A stretch of 64,000 nucleotides of DNA from Cyanobacteria bacterium J06626_4 (GTDB lineage: Bacteria > Cyanobacteriota > Cyanobacteriia > Phormidesmidales > Phormidesmidaceae): assembly GCA_038523235.1 (NCBI GenBank), contig JBCBJQ010000003.1:32001-96000 (forward strand), read 5' to 3'. Position 1 is the stretch's first letter; every line of letters starts with the position of its first letter. Both the position numbers and the translations under genes were made by a program. Below the pieces are notes generated by a model. The model saw nothing but the letters and a program-made list of their open reading frames with translations. It was not told where the DNA came from and ran no database searches. This document shows positions 20,704 to 32,115 of the stretch, in pieces.

Positions 20704-21366
20704 ATGACGTCCCCCAGTCCTACCCTAAAGCTTCTCGTTGTGGATGATCACGAAGCCGTTTTGGGCGGCACTGTGATGACCTTAGAAAAGACCTATCCAA
20801 CGGCCGCCATCCGGACGGCCACGACCGTGGAGTCAGCGCAAACGGAGTTGTCCTATGGCGCGCCTGATTTGCTGATGATGGATCTCTCGATTCCCACCGC
20901 GCCGGGAGCAACCTCAGAGATTGAGGCCGGGATTGAGCTGCTGCGATCGCTGCTCGAGCGCTACCCAGAGCTCAACATTGTGGTGCAGAGCGCTCACGTG
21001 CGCTCGCTAGTGCGCCTCAAGCCGGCGATTGACAGCCATCAGGCCGGATTTACCATCGCCGACAAAAATTTGCCCATGCAGGAAATGTTGACCAAGGTTG
21101 ACTGGGCCTTAAAGGGACTGATCTATACCCCCCGCGACATGCGCGCCGGGATTGAGGTGAAACCCGAATGGCTAGAGGTGTTGCGACTCGCCTTCAAAGA
21201 AGGGCTGCAAGATAAGGCGATCGCCGAAGAAATGAACGTTGCTGAACGCACCGTGCGTCACTATTGGACGAAGGTACAAGATGCCCTGGAAGTGTATCCT
21301 GAAGCGGGCAAAAATATTCGGATTCAAACCGAAATTCAGGCCCGTGAGGAAGGGCTGATCGACTGA
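20704..21366 (+). CDS. NarL-family response regulator
   Basis: LVVDDHE, MDLSIP, C-terminal HTH GLQDKAIA..VAERTVRHY. Confidence 0.92.
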   Translation: MTSPSPTLKLLVVDDHEAVLGGTVMTLEKTYPTAAIRTATTVESAQTELSYGAPDLLMMDLSIPTAPGATSEIEAGIELLRSLLERYPELNIVVQSAHVRSLVRLKPAIDSHQAGFTIADKNLPMQEMLTKVDWALKGLIYTPRDMRAGIEVKPEWLEVLRLAFKEGLQDKAIAEEMNVAERTVRHYWTKVQDALEVYPEAGKNIRIQTEIQAREEGLID

Positions 21367-21405
21367 TGCCCCTGGCCTTGATCTCTGCAGTTTGGAGAGT
21401 CGCTG

Positions 21406-23355
21406 GTGCCCACCTCTAAAGCTCCCTACCCGAATGAGCAACCAGCCGCCCAAGCGACCTGGCAGCGCCAGCTTGTGCCAGGCATCACGGTCATTGTTTT
21501 GGTGGTGATATTGCGGCTGTTGGGAATTTTTCAAGCGGTGGAATGGGAGGCGCTTGACAGCTTTTTGCGCTGGCGTCCCGCTGAACCCACCGATAAACGC
21601 CTCCTCATCGTCGGCATCAATGAAAGCGACATACAGCAGGTTGGCACCTATCCGATTCCCGATGCGACGCTGGCCGCTTTGATCACGCAGCTGCAAATGA
21701 GCGAGCCGCGAGCCATTGGCCTTGATGTCTATCGGGACTTTCCTGTCGAGCCCGGTCACGCCGACTTGGTCGAGGTGTTGACTCAATCGCCTCAGGTGTT
21801 TGGGATCGATAAAATTACCCAAGAGCCGGTCGCCCCGCCCCCGGCTTTGCCCCCTGAGCAGGTAGGTTTCAACGACTTTCCTTTAGATCGAGATGGGTTC
21901 GCGCGGCGCGCCTTTTTGGGGGCTGTGCCCGCAGCGCCTCATCCTGATGCGGCGCAATTTCGGATTGCCTTCCCGTTGCTTTTGGCCGAAGCTTACCTAG
22001 CAGAGGACGATCTCTTTTTAAGAAATGGCCGCCGCAATCCAGAGAATATGCGATTTGGGGACACTGAACTCATTCGGTTTGCCGCGAATATGGGCGGCTA
22101 TGTCGGGGCTGATGCGACGGGCGTACAGATGTTAATTAACGTGCGCAGTGGGGCGTCGCCCTTTGAGGTGGTCTCGATGACTGAGGTGCTCACGGGGCAG
22201 GTTGATGAGTCGTTGATTCGCGATCGCGTCGTCTTCATCGGGATTACGACGCCCAGTATTAAAGATCAGTTCAATACGGCAGCGACGAATGCGCCGACTC
22301 ATCCCTTGGTCTATGGGGTCGAAATGCACGCCCACGTCACCAGTCAAATCTTGAGCGCCGTGTTCGATGGCCGCCAGCTGATCACGACCTGGCCCGACGG
22401 CTGGGAATATCTGTGGATTGTGCTGTGGGGGGGTGTCGGCATGGGGCTGGTGCGGTTGATTGCGCGACCGGCCTGGTACGTGCTCGCGGTGGGCCTGTTG
22501 GGGCTCGGCCTGGGTGGTCTCAGTCTGAGTCTGCTGTGGTGGGTGGGCTGGTGGCTGCCGGTGATTCCCGCCTTGGTGGCTTTTACCTTTAATGGACTGA
22601 TTTTGCCGGGATTTTATTTCTACGACCAAACGCTACGATCGCGCATTGCCGAGCGTCAGCGGGTGATTGAAGAAACCTATGATGCGATTCACAATGGGCC
22701 GCTGCAAACGCTGGCCCTGCTACGGCGACAGCAGGACACCTTATCAGCCAAGGCGAACGAACAGTTGGGCAATCTCAATCAAGAGTTGCGCACTGTATAC
22801 CATCGCTTGCAGCAAGAGTCGTTGGCGACTACCGATCAGCTGCAACTCGGCAATCAGCAGATGGTAGATTTGCGCAATGCCCTGCACGAAGTGCTGTACG
22901 AAGTCTATAACGAGACCCTACAGCGCGATTTCCCCGGTTTTGACACGCTGAAGTTTAAGGTCGTCAAGTTTGAGCCCCTACAAGAGTCCTGGCTCACCGC
23001 TGCGGACCGGCGATCGCTCTGCCGCCTGTTTGAAGAAATGCTGTGCAATGTGGGCAAACATGCCATAGGGGCCAAGCGCCTCACCGTTGACTGTCGCACC
23101 ACAGACACCGAAAACCTGATTCGGGTTGCCGACAACGGCAAAGGAAACAGTACGCCGTCAGCCAGTACACCGCCGTCAGCTGCGGCTGCCAGCTCTGGAG
23201 GACGGGGCACTCAGCAGGCCCAAGCGCTAGCCGCCCGGCTCCAGGGCGAGTTTCAGCGAACCTTGCAAAAAACGGGAACGGTCTGCGAAATTCGTTGGCC
23301 TTTGAAGCGGCCTCGCCCCTGGTGGCAAACTTATCCCTGGAGGTTGAAACCCTGA
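21406..23355 (+). CDS. CHASE2-domain sensor histidine kinase
   Basis: IVGINESDI, PRAIGLDVYRD, YGVEMHAH..SQIL, 3 TMs, HNGPLQ H-box, NVGKHA / DNGKG / GGRG. Confidence 0.9.
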   Translation: MPTSKAPYPNEQPAAQATWQRQLVPGITVIVLVVILRLLGIFQAVEWEALDSFLRWRPAEPTDKRLLIVGINESDIQQVGTYPIPDATLAALITQLQMSEPRAIGLDVYRDFPVEPGHADLVEVLTQSPQVFGIDKITQEPVAPPPALPPEQVGFNDFPLDRDGFARRAFLGAVPAAPHPDAAQFRIAFPLLLAEAYLAEDDLFLRNGRRNPENMRFGDTELIRFAANMGGYVGADATGVQMLINVRSGASPFEVVSMTEVLTGQVDESLIRDRVVFIGITTPSIKDQFNTAATNAPTHPLVYGVEMHAHVTSQILSAVFDGRQLITTWPDGWEYLWIVLWGGVGMGLVRLIARPAWYVLAVGLLGLGLGGLSLSLLWWVGWWLPVIPALVAFTFNGLILPGFYFYDQTLRSRIAERQRVIEETYDAIHNGPLQTLALLRRQQDTLSAKANEQLGNLNQELRTVYHRLQQESLATTDQLQLGNQQMVDLRNALHEVLYEVYNETLQRDFPGFDTLKFKVVKFEPLQESWLTAADRRSLCRLFEEMLCNVGKHAIGAKRLTVDCRTTDTENLIRVADNGKGNSTPSASTPPSAAAASSGGRGTQQAQALAARLQGEFQRTLQKTGTVCEIRWPLKRPRPWWQTYPWRLKP

Positions 23356-23552
23356 TTTGCCCAGCCGGATTTACCTGGCCGAAAACTGTCACGCCGTTGA
23401 CCCATTGATGCCAGATAACTGGCTGAAATTGAGGAGACGTTGAGGCTAACCTTTGCCTATCGTGGAAATAACGACCATCGAGATGCAGCAGCCGATCGAT
23501 CTAGTTGGCCTGTTGCGAGCCCCCAGACCAATCATCCATTTGGGATTCAGCC

Positions 23553-24344
23553 ATGATTTCTCATCAGCCCCGCTCTCGCTTTCGTCTCAAGCCATCGACC
23601 ACTGGTCTCGGGCGCAGCCTGATGTTACTGCTGCTAGCCGGACCAAGCTTGGCCACTACCGGTGGGGCGATCGCTGCCTCACCGCCGCTCGACAGCAATC
23701 ATAAGGGACGTGCCTACGAGCCGCCGCCCAACTCTCGCATTTCGGGGGGCGGCAATACTGGTAGCGGCGGCTCGCGCGACTGGTGTAGTGACGATAGCTT
23801 GGCGGCGATCGCGCCTCAGTTTAGCGGCGTTGGCCAATCCTTCTCGACTCGTCCCACCTTTGTGTGGTACACCGACAGTCCGACCGTGGGCGTCATGCAG
23901 TTTGAGCTGTATCAGGGCGATCTCGAAGAGCCGATTTTTAGCGAAACTGTCCTCCCCCAGTCCAACTTTGTGGCCTACACGCTGCCAGCGACCGCCCCTG
24001 CCCTCACGGTCGGAGAAACCTACTGGTGGCAAGCTACGCTGCGCTGCAGCGCTGATACGGAAATGGTCAGTAGCTGGATCGCCACCTCGGTGGAAATTGT
24101 TGACTCAACCCCCACCCTGCCCGCCGCGGGCGCTGCCAGCAGTTCGATTCAAATGGCGCAAGCCTATGCCAGCTCCGGTTTGTGGTACGACGCCCTGGCC
24201 GAAGTGTACGATCCAGAAACGTTTGACGAGTACCTCTTACGCCAAGATTTGCTGTTGGATTTGGCTGATTTAGAGGCCGCATCGGGGAACGCGATCGCGA
24301 TTGACATCAGTGAGCAGCTCCAAGACCTGGCAGAAATGTTCTAG
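23553..24344 (+). CDS. DUF928 domain protein
   Basis: GGSR..C, RPTFVWY, L.VGETYWW, YA.SGLWYDAL; usual partner of CHASE2 genes. Confidence 0.85.
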   Translation: MISHQPRSRFRLKPSTTGLGRSLMLLLLAGPSLATTGGAIAASPPLDSNHKGRAYEPPPNSRISGGGNTGSGGSRDWCSDDSLAAIAPQFSGVGQSFSTRPTFVWYTDSPTVGVMQFELYQGDLEEPIFSETVLPQSNFVAYTLPATAPALTVGETYWWQATLRCSADTEMVSSWIATSVEIVDSTPTLPAAGAASSSIQMAQAYASSGLWYDALAEVYDPETFDEYLLRQDLLLDLADLEAASGNAIAIDISEQLQDLAEMF

Positions 24345-24436
24345 CCCAGGCGGTGGCTTCGTCCAAACTCGACACTCCCACGCAAAGCAATCCCTGGTGC
24401 GGGAGCGTTGTTGACCGACCTCGATCTGTTTGACGT

Positions 24437-26125
24437 CTACTCAAACAGATCGAGGTCGGTCACGGCGCCTCGACTACTAGAGGAAACTAGCTTGGCGTAT
24501 TTACCCAAAACGCCTCGCGTGTAATTGGGCTGATGTCCTGACCAGTCGGTCCGGCGCTGGGCCAATGTTGCCTCATCGACATTGAGCTGCAGTAGGTTCT
24601 GGTCAGCGTCAATGGTGATGGAATCACCCTCCTGCACTAAGGCGATGGTGCCCCCCACTGCTGCTTCCGGCGCAACGTGACCCACGACCATGCCGTAGGT
24701 GCCACCGGAGAACCGACCATCGGTGATCAGACCAACGGAATCGCCCAATCCTGCACCGATGATGGCGGAGGTGGGGGCGAGCATTTCGCGCATACCGGGG
24801 CCACCCTTCGGGCCTTCGTAACGCACGACCACGACATCACCCGCCACAATTTTTTTGTCTAAAATTGCGCGCAGGCAGGCTTCTTCCGATTCAAACACGC
24901 GAGCCGGGCCAGTGATTTGACGGTTTTTGATGCCGGTGAGCTTGGCAACCGCGCCTTCTGCCGCCAGGTTGCCTTTGAGAATGCCAAGGTGCCCTTGGGG
25001 ATAGAGGGGCGCGTCAAAGGGGCGAATCACGTCCTGATTGTCACGGGGCGTTGGGGAAATGTCGGCTAACAATGCCGCCACTGTTTGGCCGCTAATGGTC
25101 AGTGCTTCACCATGTAGCAAGCCTTGGCTGAGCAGCATTTTCATTACCTGCGGCACCCCGCCTGCCTGGTGGAAGTCAGTTGCCACATAGCGACCCGATG
25201 GTTTCAAATCACAGAGCACCGGCACGCGCTGCCGGATCGTTTCAAAGTCATCAATGGTGAGATGCACCCCGATCGCATTGGCGATCGCCAGCAGGTGCAG
25301 CACTGAGTTGGTTGAGCCACCGATCGCCATGATGACGGCGATCCCGTTCTCAAAGGCCTGGCGCGTGAGAATCTGCCGGGGCAAAATTTGTTGGCGAATA
25401 GCATCTACCAGCACCGCTGCCGATTTCTCGGCGCTGTCAGCTTTTTCGGCATCCTCAGCCGCCATCGTTGACGAATACATCAGACTCATGCCCATCGCCT
25501 CAAACGCCGACGACATCGTGTTAGCCGTAAACATGCCGCCGCATGAGCCCGCTCCTGGGCAGGCATTTCGCTCAACCGCGAGTAACTCGTCATCATCAAT
25601 TTTGCCAGCGCTATATTGACCGACGGCTTCAAAGGCACTGACGACTGTCAGGTCTTCGCCATTATGATGCCCCGGCTTGATGGTGCCGCCATAGACAAAA
25701 ATCGCGGGAATGTTCAACCGACACATGGCAATCATGGCGCCGGGCATGTTTTTGTCACAGCCCCCGATCGCGATCACGCCATCTAGACTCTGCCCATTGC
25801 ACACTGTCTCAATGGAGTCGGCAATGACTTCGCGCGAGACCAGGGAATATTTCATCCCCTCAGTGCCCATCGAAATGCCATCGCTAATCGTGATGGTGCC
25901 AAAGAGTTGGGGCATGCCCCCAGCCTGCTTGAGGCCCGCCTCTGCCCGCTTGGCTAAGTCATCGAGTCCCATGTTGCAGGGGGTGATGGTGCTAAACCCG
26001 TTAGCGACCCCGACGATCGGCTTAGCAAAGTCACTATCACCAAACCCCACCGCTCTCAGCATGGCTCGGTTTGGCGTGCGCTGCACACCCTGGGTGACGA
26101 CCTGGCTTCTACGATTATCCGACAT
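24437..26125 (-). CDS. ilvD: Dihydroxy-acid dehydratase
   Basis: [44 protein letters not shown]. Confidence 0.97.
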   Translation of the reverse strand: MSDNRRSQVVTQGVQRTPNRAMLRAVGFGDSDFAKPIVGVANGFSTITPCNMGLDDLAKRAEAGLKQAGGMPQLFGTITISDGISMGTEGMKYSLVSREVIADSIETVCNGQSLDGVIAIGGCDKNMPGAMIAMCRLNIPAIFVYGGTIKPGHHNGEDLTVVSAFEAVGQYSAGKIDDDELLAVERNACPGAGSCGGMFTANTMSSAFEAMGMSLMYSSTMAAEDAEKADSAEKSAAVLVDAIRQQILPRQILTRQAFENGIAVIMAIGGSTNSVLHLLAIANAIGVHLTIDDFETIRQRVPVLCDLKPSGRYVATDFHQAGGVPQVMKMLLSQGLLHGEALTISGQTVAALLADISPTPRDNQDVIRPFDAPLYPQGHLGILKGNLAAEGAVAKLTGIKNRQITGPARVFESEEACLRAILDKKIVAGDVVVVRYEGPKGGPGMREMLAPTSAIIGAGLGDSVGLITDGRFSGGTYGMVVGHVAPEAAVGGTIALVQEGDSITIDADQNLLQLNVDEATLAQRRTDWSGHQPNYTRGVLGKYAKLVSSSSRGAVTDLDLFE

Positions 26126-26813
26126 GACTATGGGTCCGCCTGTACTTCAGAATTGCTCATCCAATCCTACCGAATTGGGTTCCTCACAATGCATAGATTG
26201 AATCGTTGACGATCCATAAAAAGCGAGCATTCTTGAGCAGTGGACGGAGGGAGGCCCGACAGCCTCTAGCGGTGGGGGAGTTACTTGTAGCAGAGGGTAG
26301 GTGCCGGGTTCAAGGTACAGGGAAGGGCCTTGCTGGGAGCGATCCGGCGATTAAAAGTGTCCAACCCTGACTGCGGCTCGCTATAAAAATGATGCTTCTG
26401 ATCGCTGGGGTAGGACACGGTCAAATCCTGCCAGCAAGCATTTTGATGCTGAGGACGGTGATTGCAGCGCCGCCCTTTTACCAGATTCGGGAGAAAGTCA
26501 GCAGGCTGGGGATCAGCTCAGTTGGAAGACAGCTTCGGGCCGCCGCCGTGCGATCACCGCTGGGGCGGCAGGGGCAGGTCACAGTCACAGAGACAACAGC
26601 TAATTTAATCGATAGGAGAGAGTCTGGTGGAAATCGCGTTAGTATTACTCAACTGCGTTTTACTAGCCCCGGTAAAGGCACTTAGTCGCTTTTGTTAGTT
26701 TTTCACCCCCAAAAAAGCTGATGAAAGTTGCCGACTGACGACCCGATGAGGTGGGGTTTTGTCACTCAGATGTCAGTGCAATTCCTGAGAATTTCCGTTC
26801 AAGGATCAACCGT

Positions 26814-27653
26814 ATGGATGCTAACGAAGTAATTACCCGCTATGCCTCAGGAGAACGGGATTTTCGGGGTGCCGATTTGCAGGGCCTCAATTTAACGAAT
26901 GAAAATCTGAGAGATATCAACCTGCGGCAAGCAAATTTGAAGCAGGCCAACTTGACCGGGGCTGATTTGAAAGGGGCAAATTTGCGGGAAGCCCTGCTCG
27001 GCAAGTGCGTCTTGCAAGATGCGCAGATGGAACTCGTCAATCTGATCGGGGCCGACTTGTCCCATGCCAACCTCAATAATGTCAATCTCAACGAAGCGGG
27101 CATTCGCGGGGCTAACTTGACTGGTAGTCGGCTAGAAAAGGCCAAAATGCAGAACGCGAATCTGAACGAGGCGACGCTGGATCATGCCCAACTACGAGAA
27201 GCGGATTTGTCGCATTCGGCCCTCAATCGATGTCACCTGATTGAAGCCGATTTGACCTTAGCCAAGTTGGAAAGCACTAGCTTTGCCAACGCGATTTTGA
27301 CCGGCGCGACATTGACCGGCGCGAATCTTTCGACGGCGTTGCTGAGTGGGGCCAACTTAGACAATGCGGATTTAGGGGGCGCTGACTTGAGCCGGGCCAA
27401 GCTGCAGGGGTGCACGTTAGTCAATGCTCACTTAGTGCAGGCTAATCTGCGGGGGGCAAATTTGAGCTGGAGTTCGCTGCGTGGGGCAGAACTGCGCGGG
27501 GCAACGTTTTATCGGGCGAAGTTGAGCTGGTCAAACTTGAGCGGGGCAACCCTCAACGAGGCCGTGATGATCAATGCCAGCATGGAGTATGTCAACTTGC
27601 GGAATGCTGTGCTGACTGGGGCTATTCTGCCGGACGGGAAGACTCACGAATAG
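26814..27653 (+). CDS. Pentapeptide repeat protein
   Basis: YASGERDF start, continuous A(D/N)LxX repeats, LPDG end. Confidence 0.93.
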   Translation: MDANEVITRYASGERDFRGADLQGLNLTNENLRDINLRQANLKQANLTGADLKGANLREALLGKCVLQDAQMELVNLIGADLSHANLNNVNLNEAGIRGANLTGSRLEKAKMQNANLNEATLDHAQLREADLSHSALNRCHLIEADLTLAKLESTSFANAILTGATLTGANLSTALLSGANLDNADLGGADLSRAKLQGCTLVNAHLVQANLRGANLSWSSLRGAELRGATFYRAKLSWSNLSGATLNEAVMINASMEYVNLRNAVLTGAILPDGKTHE

Positions 27654-29478
27654 AGTCGTCGTCAGCGGCTTGATAAATGATGGGCGATCGCGGGCCAAGA
27701 CGAGCGGCTAAATCTATCGGTTGCCAGGGTAACTGAGCGATGGTTTCTCGTCTCAAATTGGCAATCTGATGGCGGGCCCCAATGAGTTCTAAATGCAGCA
27801 GCGAGGCAAGGCTCTTAACGGTAGGGGTCAGACGACGAGTGAGTCGATCGCGGTTGGCCAACCAGCTATCAATACTGCGGGGCAGGCGATCGCCATAGCG
27901 AATGGGGAGCGTCGCCGTTGAAAAGATGGCCGCATAGTCAGAACTGAGAAAAGCCTGATATTTTTCTGCCTGGTCGGTTTGCTGCATGACAAAGCTCAGC
28001 ACCGTGCCGTTGAGATATTGCCGCAGCTGCAGCGTTTCATCTTCCGGACGCTCAGACATAAAGGGCACCTGGGTCAGGGCCGGATTCAGGTTGGCTGGAT
28101 CACCCACACTCAGATGGGTGCCCCCAATGATGGCGACCAGCGATCGCGGCCCAGTTAATTGATTAAACGGTCGCAGCTGCTGGTCAGACACTGAGGCGAT
28201 GCCGTCATGGGTGCTCGTCACCACCAGCGCCGGCACATTGACCGGTCGCAAACCCTGGTCGCCAAAGATATGCCCCGCCAACGGATTCATCAGCACGAGC
28301 TGATTAATGCGCGGATCTGCCAGTCGTTCAGGCGGTAGCGTCGCCTCCGTCGCCGCACATTGAAACCAGTCGGCAGGCGAAGAAGCGCCGACCTCAAGGC
28401 CGACGCAAAACTTGCCAAGCGCAATCGGGTCAACCGTGCCACCGGCTAAAACCAAACCGGTGTAGCCCCCGAGCGAATGCCCTACCAGGGTCACGGCATC
28501 CGTTTGTAGGTGGCCGCGCAGAAAAAACGAATGCTGATTGAGGTCGGCTAAACGATCAAGAATAAAGCTCACATCGCGCGGACGCTCGATAAATTCCTCA
28601 GCGGGCAGCAGTGGCCCTTCCGCTTTGATCAGCGCATCGACATTGCTACCAGGATGTTCTAACGCCACCACAGTCAGCCCGTGGGACGCCAAATGCTGGG
28701 CTAAATAGTCTAAAAAATGGCGATCGGCCCCGAACCCGTGGGACAGCACCACCGTGGGGCCAGGAGCACTTTCCGACCAATAGAGGTCAACGGGGATGAC
28801 CCGATCGCGATCGTGATCGCGAAAGGACACTGACCAGCGTTCAAAGTCTTGGGAACCCGATACGGAGGGATCAAATCGGGGCGATAGCGCCCCCATTGAG
28901 GGGGTATTGAGTTCTCGATCTAACACTTGCCCCAACGCGGTTTGCTCCAGGTGAGACAACCCTAGCTGTGAGAGGAGGCGCAGCAGAGCCATGCCATCTA
29001 AATTGAGCGTATCGCCGGGGAGTGACTGCAGCAATGTGATGGCAGTGACCCCAGCGTCACTGGTTTCAGCCGTCTGCAGGGCCGTTTGAATGATTTCTGG
29101 GGTGAGGCTGGGGGCCACTCGCTCCAGCATGGCGACAAAAGGCCGACCGTTTTCGCCATCCATTAAGTCTTGAACGAAGCGATCGCGAATACTGGGCTCA
29201 ACATTGAGATGGTTGTTGAGGGCTTGTTGCACGGTGGGGGTCAAGGCTGCTTGATAGCGCTGCAGTCCCGTCGGCACCTGACCCGTTTGAGCAAAGGCTT
29301 CTAAATCGCTGATGTGCAGTGTGGTCTGAGTGGGACCAAACTTGACGGCGATTTCGCTGATTGCACCGCTAGGCAGAGCACTGAGGACGATCGCGCCGCC
29401 ACTCAGAACACTGGCTGTCAAGCCCTGGAGTCCGTGATGAATCAGTTTTTTAAGCAAAAATCGTGAGCGCTGGCGCAT
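27622..29478 (-). CDS. Alpha/beta hydrolase with N-terminal DUF1400
   Basis: I.DLEAFAQTG domain, SHGFG, GHSLGG nucleophile elbow, GGTH; 3' end overlaps the convergent gene by 32 nt. Confidence 0.88.
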   Translation of the reverse strand: MRQRSRFLLKKLIHHGLQGLTASVLSGGAIVLSALPSGAISEIAVKFGPTQTTLHISDLEAFAQTGQVPTGLQRYQAALTPTVQQALNNHLNVEPSIRDRFVQDLMDGENGRPFVAMLERVAPSLTPEIIQTALQTAETSDAGVTAITLLQSLPGDTLNLDGMALLRLLSQLGLSHLEQTALGQVLDRELNTPSMGALSPRFDPSVSGSQDFERWSVSFRDHDRDRVIPVDLYWSESAPGPTVVLSHGFGADRHFLDYLAQHLASHGLTVVALEHPGSNVDALIKAEGPLLPAEEFIERPRDVSFILDRLADLNQHSFFLRGHLQTDAVTLVGHSLGGYTGLVLAGGTVDPIALGKFCVGLEVGASSPADWFQCAATEATLPPERLADPRINQLVLMNPLAGHIFGDQGLRPVNVPALVVTSTHDGIASVSDQQLRPFNQLTGPRSLVAIIGGTHLSVGDPANLNPALTQVPFMSERPEDETLQLRQYLNGTVLSFVMQQTDQAEKYQAFLSSDYAAIFSTATLPIRYGDRLPRSIDSWLANRDRLTRRLTPTVKSLASLLHLELIGARHQIANLRRETIAQLPWQPIDLAARLGPRSPIIYQAADDDSIRESSRPAE

Positions 29479-29701
29479 CGAAACAATGGCACCCAATGTA
29501 TAAACAAACGCCAATTTGTATGCAGAGCGTTGATCTAATCTAAGGGACAAGCCCAGGCTTTGAGAGGAGGCAAAGTGTCAAATTTTGTTGCCAAAATTAA
29601 ACTGCTCCCGGCAGGTTCAAGCGCTGGCCCGTTATTCCCATTACTCTAAATTGACTTTGGCGAGCAGTCTACAATGCCCTTGGTCATGACGAGCGTAGCC
29701 A

Positions 29702-30196
29702 TTGACACGGATTTTAATTGGCATCATTGGCCCCGGCGAAACCGCCACCGCTACCGAAACCGCCACCGCGTCGGCGTTGGGCGCGGCGATCGCGCAACAG
29801 GGCTGGGGCATTGTCACTGGCGGACGCGCGGCAGGCGTGATGGCAGCAGCCAGTCAGGGGGCTCAAGCGGCCCAGGGCTGGGTCGTCGGTATTTTGCCCG
29901 ACGCCACCACTGAGCAGATGTCAGCAGCGGTTGATATCCCCATCATCACGGGCATGGGCAACGGTCGGAACGTCATCCTGGTGCTATCTAGCCGCGTGGT
30001 GATTGCCTGTGGTTTGGGCGCGGGCACCCTGTCAGAAATTGCCCTAGCGCTCAAGCTTAAGCGGCCCCTGATTTTAATGTTGAGGGCGACTGAATTGCAG
30101 GCGACTTTACAAGCGTTGACCGCAGAGAAAGTCCTCATAGCCGACACGGTAGAAACGGCGATCGCCCAGGTGCGATCGCGCCTCGCAGACGGATAG
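29702..30196 (+). CDS. TIGR00725/LOG-like nucleotide-binding protein
   Basis: IGIIGPG, TGGR..GVM, TGMG.GRN, GAGTLSEIALA. Confidence 0.85.
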   Translation: MTRILIGIIGPGETATATETATASALGAAIAQQGWGIVTGGRAAGVMAAASQGAQAAQGWVVGILPDATTEQMSAAVDIPIITGMGNGRNVILVLSSRVVIACGLGAGTLSEIALALKLKRPLILMLRATELQATLQALTAEKVLIADTVETAIAQVRSRLADG

Positions 30197-30397
30197 TGGA
30201 TCAAATGCAAAGATTTACCAGCGTCTTGAGCTAACCGTGATTGAGGCCATGGCGGTCAGAGGAAGGACGCATGAGATTTGTCTGCCGCCACCCCACGAGT
30301 GAAGTGATCAAGAACCCGGTCAGCGGCTTTGTCAGACTCCCTTTATTCTAAAGATAGTGTTCGCTCGCCACTGTATGCCCTTTTATCAAGACGTGAT

Positions 30398-30676
30398 ATG
30401 GCTGACAACCCTGACCAAAAGGACAACTTTCTGACCCCCCGCAGTTCCTATTGGGGAAAGCCAACCCTGCCCAATCTCACGTTCAATGCGAACTTACAAG
30501 AATTTGCTCAGCGCATCTCTTACATTTGCAACCTGGAAACGGGAGGCAAAATCAGCTCTGAGGAAGCCTATACAGAGATCAAACGACTCTGGAAACAGCT
30601 TAAAGCGTCTAAGAAAAACTTGTTAGATACGCCCCCGCCAGAGCTGGGGCCAGAAGATCTGCCCGAGGATGACTAA
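30398..30676 (+). CDS. Conserved cyanobacterial hypothetical protein
   Basis: PRSSY.G...NL.FNANLQEFAQRI.YIC.LETGGKIS..EAY..IK.LW. Confidence 0.8.
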   Translation: MADNPDQKDNFLTPRSSYWGKPTLPNLTFNANLQEFAQRISYICNLETGGKISSEEAYTEIKRLWKQLKASKKNLLDTPPPELGPEDLPEDD

Positions 30677-30693
30677 CCCCAATCGCTGACCTT

Positions 30694-30819
30694 TAGGGCG
30701 CGTCATCAGTTGAACTTGAAAGTCTTACGGTGTAGACAGCATCGCGCCCGTCTCGTAAACCTAGCTAGCGGCTGAACCGCTTTCAGCATCAGGATTCAGC
30801 CGCTAAATGACAGTCTCTA
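30694..30819. mobile_element. MITE-like dispersed repeat, copy 2
   Basis: Ends TAGGGCGCGTCATCAGTT ... AAATGACAGTCTCTA; similar to 18783-18910. Confidence 0.75.
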
Positions 30820-32115
30820 GGGGCGGGTTTGAGTCAGCTGACGGCGTTGCATCTGGTCATAGACGTAGCGCCCAATCTCCGGAAAAATTTCGGTGTCGGC
30901 GGAGTAAACGGCATCATTGGCAAACACCACTAAGATGAACCGAGTCTGGCCGTCGGGCGTCGCGATAATCGCCGCCTCTTGACGACCATCATCAAAGGTA
31001 AAGCCCAGTTTGGTATAGAGCTGGGTGTCTGGGGGCAGATATTCACCCAAAAAGCCCTCAATGGCGTTGGCACTGTCGGTCTGCCAAACAGCAGGATCGG
31101 TGCTGTGTTGTAAATGCGCCTTGATGCGATCGCTGTAGGCCGGTGAAATGGCTTGACCCATCTCAATTTCGTAAAGTAGCCGGGCCGTCTCCCGCGTGGT
31201 CAGATAGTTGCGCTCAGTGAGCATGGGGACGGCGGTTGCGGCCTCACCGGTAGCTAACTGCAGGTCTCTGCCGGTGCGCTGATTAAGCGCCAGATCGGGA
31301 ATGGGAAACGTCTTGTGGGCGAGATTGACATCGCCATAGTTGGCCAGTGTGAAATACTCGTTGACGGTATTTCTGGCGGTGCTCCACTCAGCGAGGCTGG
31401 CGTCGTCTAAACTCTCTCCCGAGGTCGTTTGAGTAAGCACGTCTAAAACTCGACTAGAGGCCCCGTTGTTGGAGTAATGGGCCATCAACGCTTCATCGTC
31501 GGCAATCAGATCAACCTCGGGCTGCAGGTCACCCGCATCGTACTGGCCGTATAAAGCGACGAGCCAAAACAACTTGACCACACTAGCCGGATATCGTCGC
31601 TGCTGATCTTGATAGTGGCCATAGTCGCAACAGTGGTCAGTCAAATCAACCAAACTGATCGAAACGGCTGCTGTTGGCTGGTTGTGCTGGGCTAATAGGT
31701 CGAGAATACCCGCCATAATCTCGTCCAGACTCGGCGACTGGCCCGGCAGCGAGTTGGTTCTAAACGGGGGCGGCGCTGTCGCCGTGTAGCGAAGCTGATC
31801 GTAATCACGGGCGATCGCCAAAAAGTCGAGGCTGTGAGCCGCCGCCGCCGCTGACTGTAAAGGCTGGGATGCCAGCGGTTCCACGATCGGTGACGCTGTG
31901 CAGGGGGGCTGCTCACCGGCGATCACACTCAAGGCCGCGGTCACAAATTGCCGTTGACCAGGGCAGGTCGGTTGGCTAACGTGACGGACTGGGGCGGCTA
32001 TCACCCAATAAGCGCCCATGCCTATCCCAAAGGCAGCTCCGGCCATGGCCCCCAAAATCAGCCACAATGGGGGCCGGAACTTTTTCGCCTGCTTAGGGTA
32101 TACCCGCTGTCTCAT
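30817..32115 (-). CDS. Serine hydrolase, class A beta-lactamase-like
   Basis: N-terminal TM, YPASVVK (SxxK), SNN, TKLG, EAAII. Confidence 0.85.
   Translation of the reverse strand: MRQRVYPKQAKKFRPPLWLILGAMAGAAFGIGMGAYWVIAAPVRHVSQPTCPGQRQFVTAALSVIAGEQPPCTASPIVEPLASQPLQSAAAAAHSLDFLAIARDYDQLRYTATAPPPFRTNSLPGQSPSLDEIMAGILDLLAQHNQPTAAVSISLVDLTDHCCDYGHYQDQQRRYPASVVKLFWLVALYGQYDAGDLQPEVDLIADDEALMAHYSNNGASSRVLDVLTQTTSGESLDDASLAEWSTARNTVNEYFTLANYGDVNLAHKTFPIPDLALNQRTGRDLQLATGEAATAVPMLTERNYLTTRETARLLYEIEMGQAISPAYSDRIKAHLQHSTDPAVWQTDSANAIEGFLGEYLPPDTQLYTKLGFTFDDGRQEAAIIATPDGQTRFILVVFANDAVYSADTEIFPEIGRYVYDQMQRRQLTQTRP

Noticed and set aside
21172..21822. Long antisense ORF (representative of many shadow ORFs in the track)
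   Set aside because: Lies opposite well-supported genes; expected from GC-rich codon bias
26389..26685. 98-aa ORF between ilvD and the pentapeptide gene
   Set aside because: No RBS or motif; probably the divergent promoter region
29738..29771. 18-bp tandem repeat (ETATAT-ETATA)
   Set aside because: Short, in frame and low complexity; no sign of function
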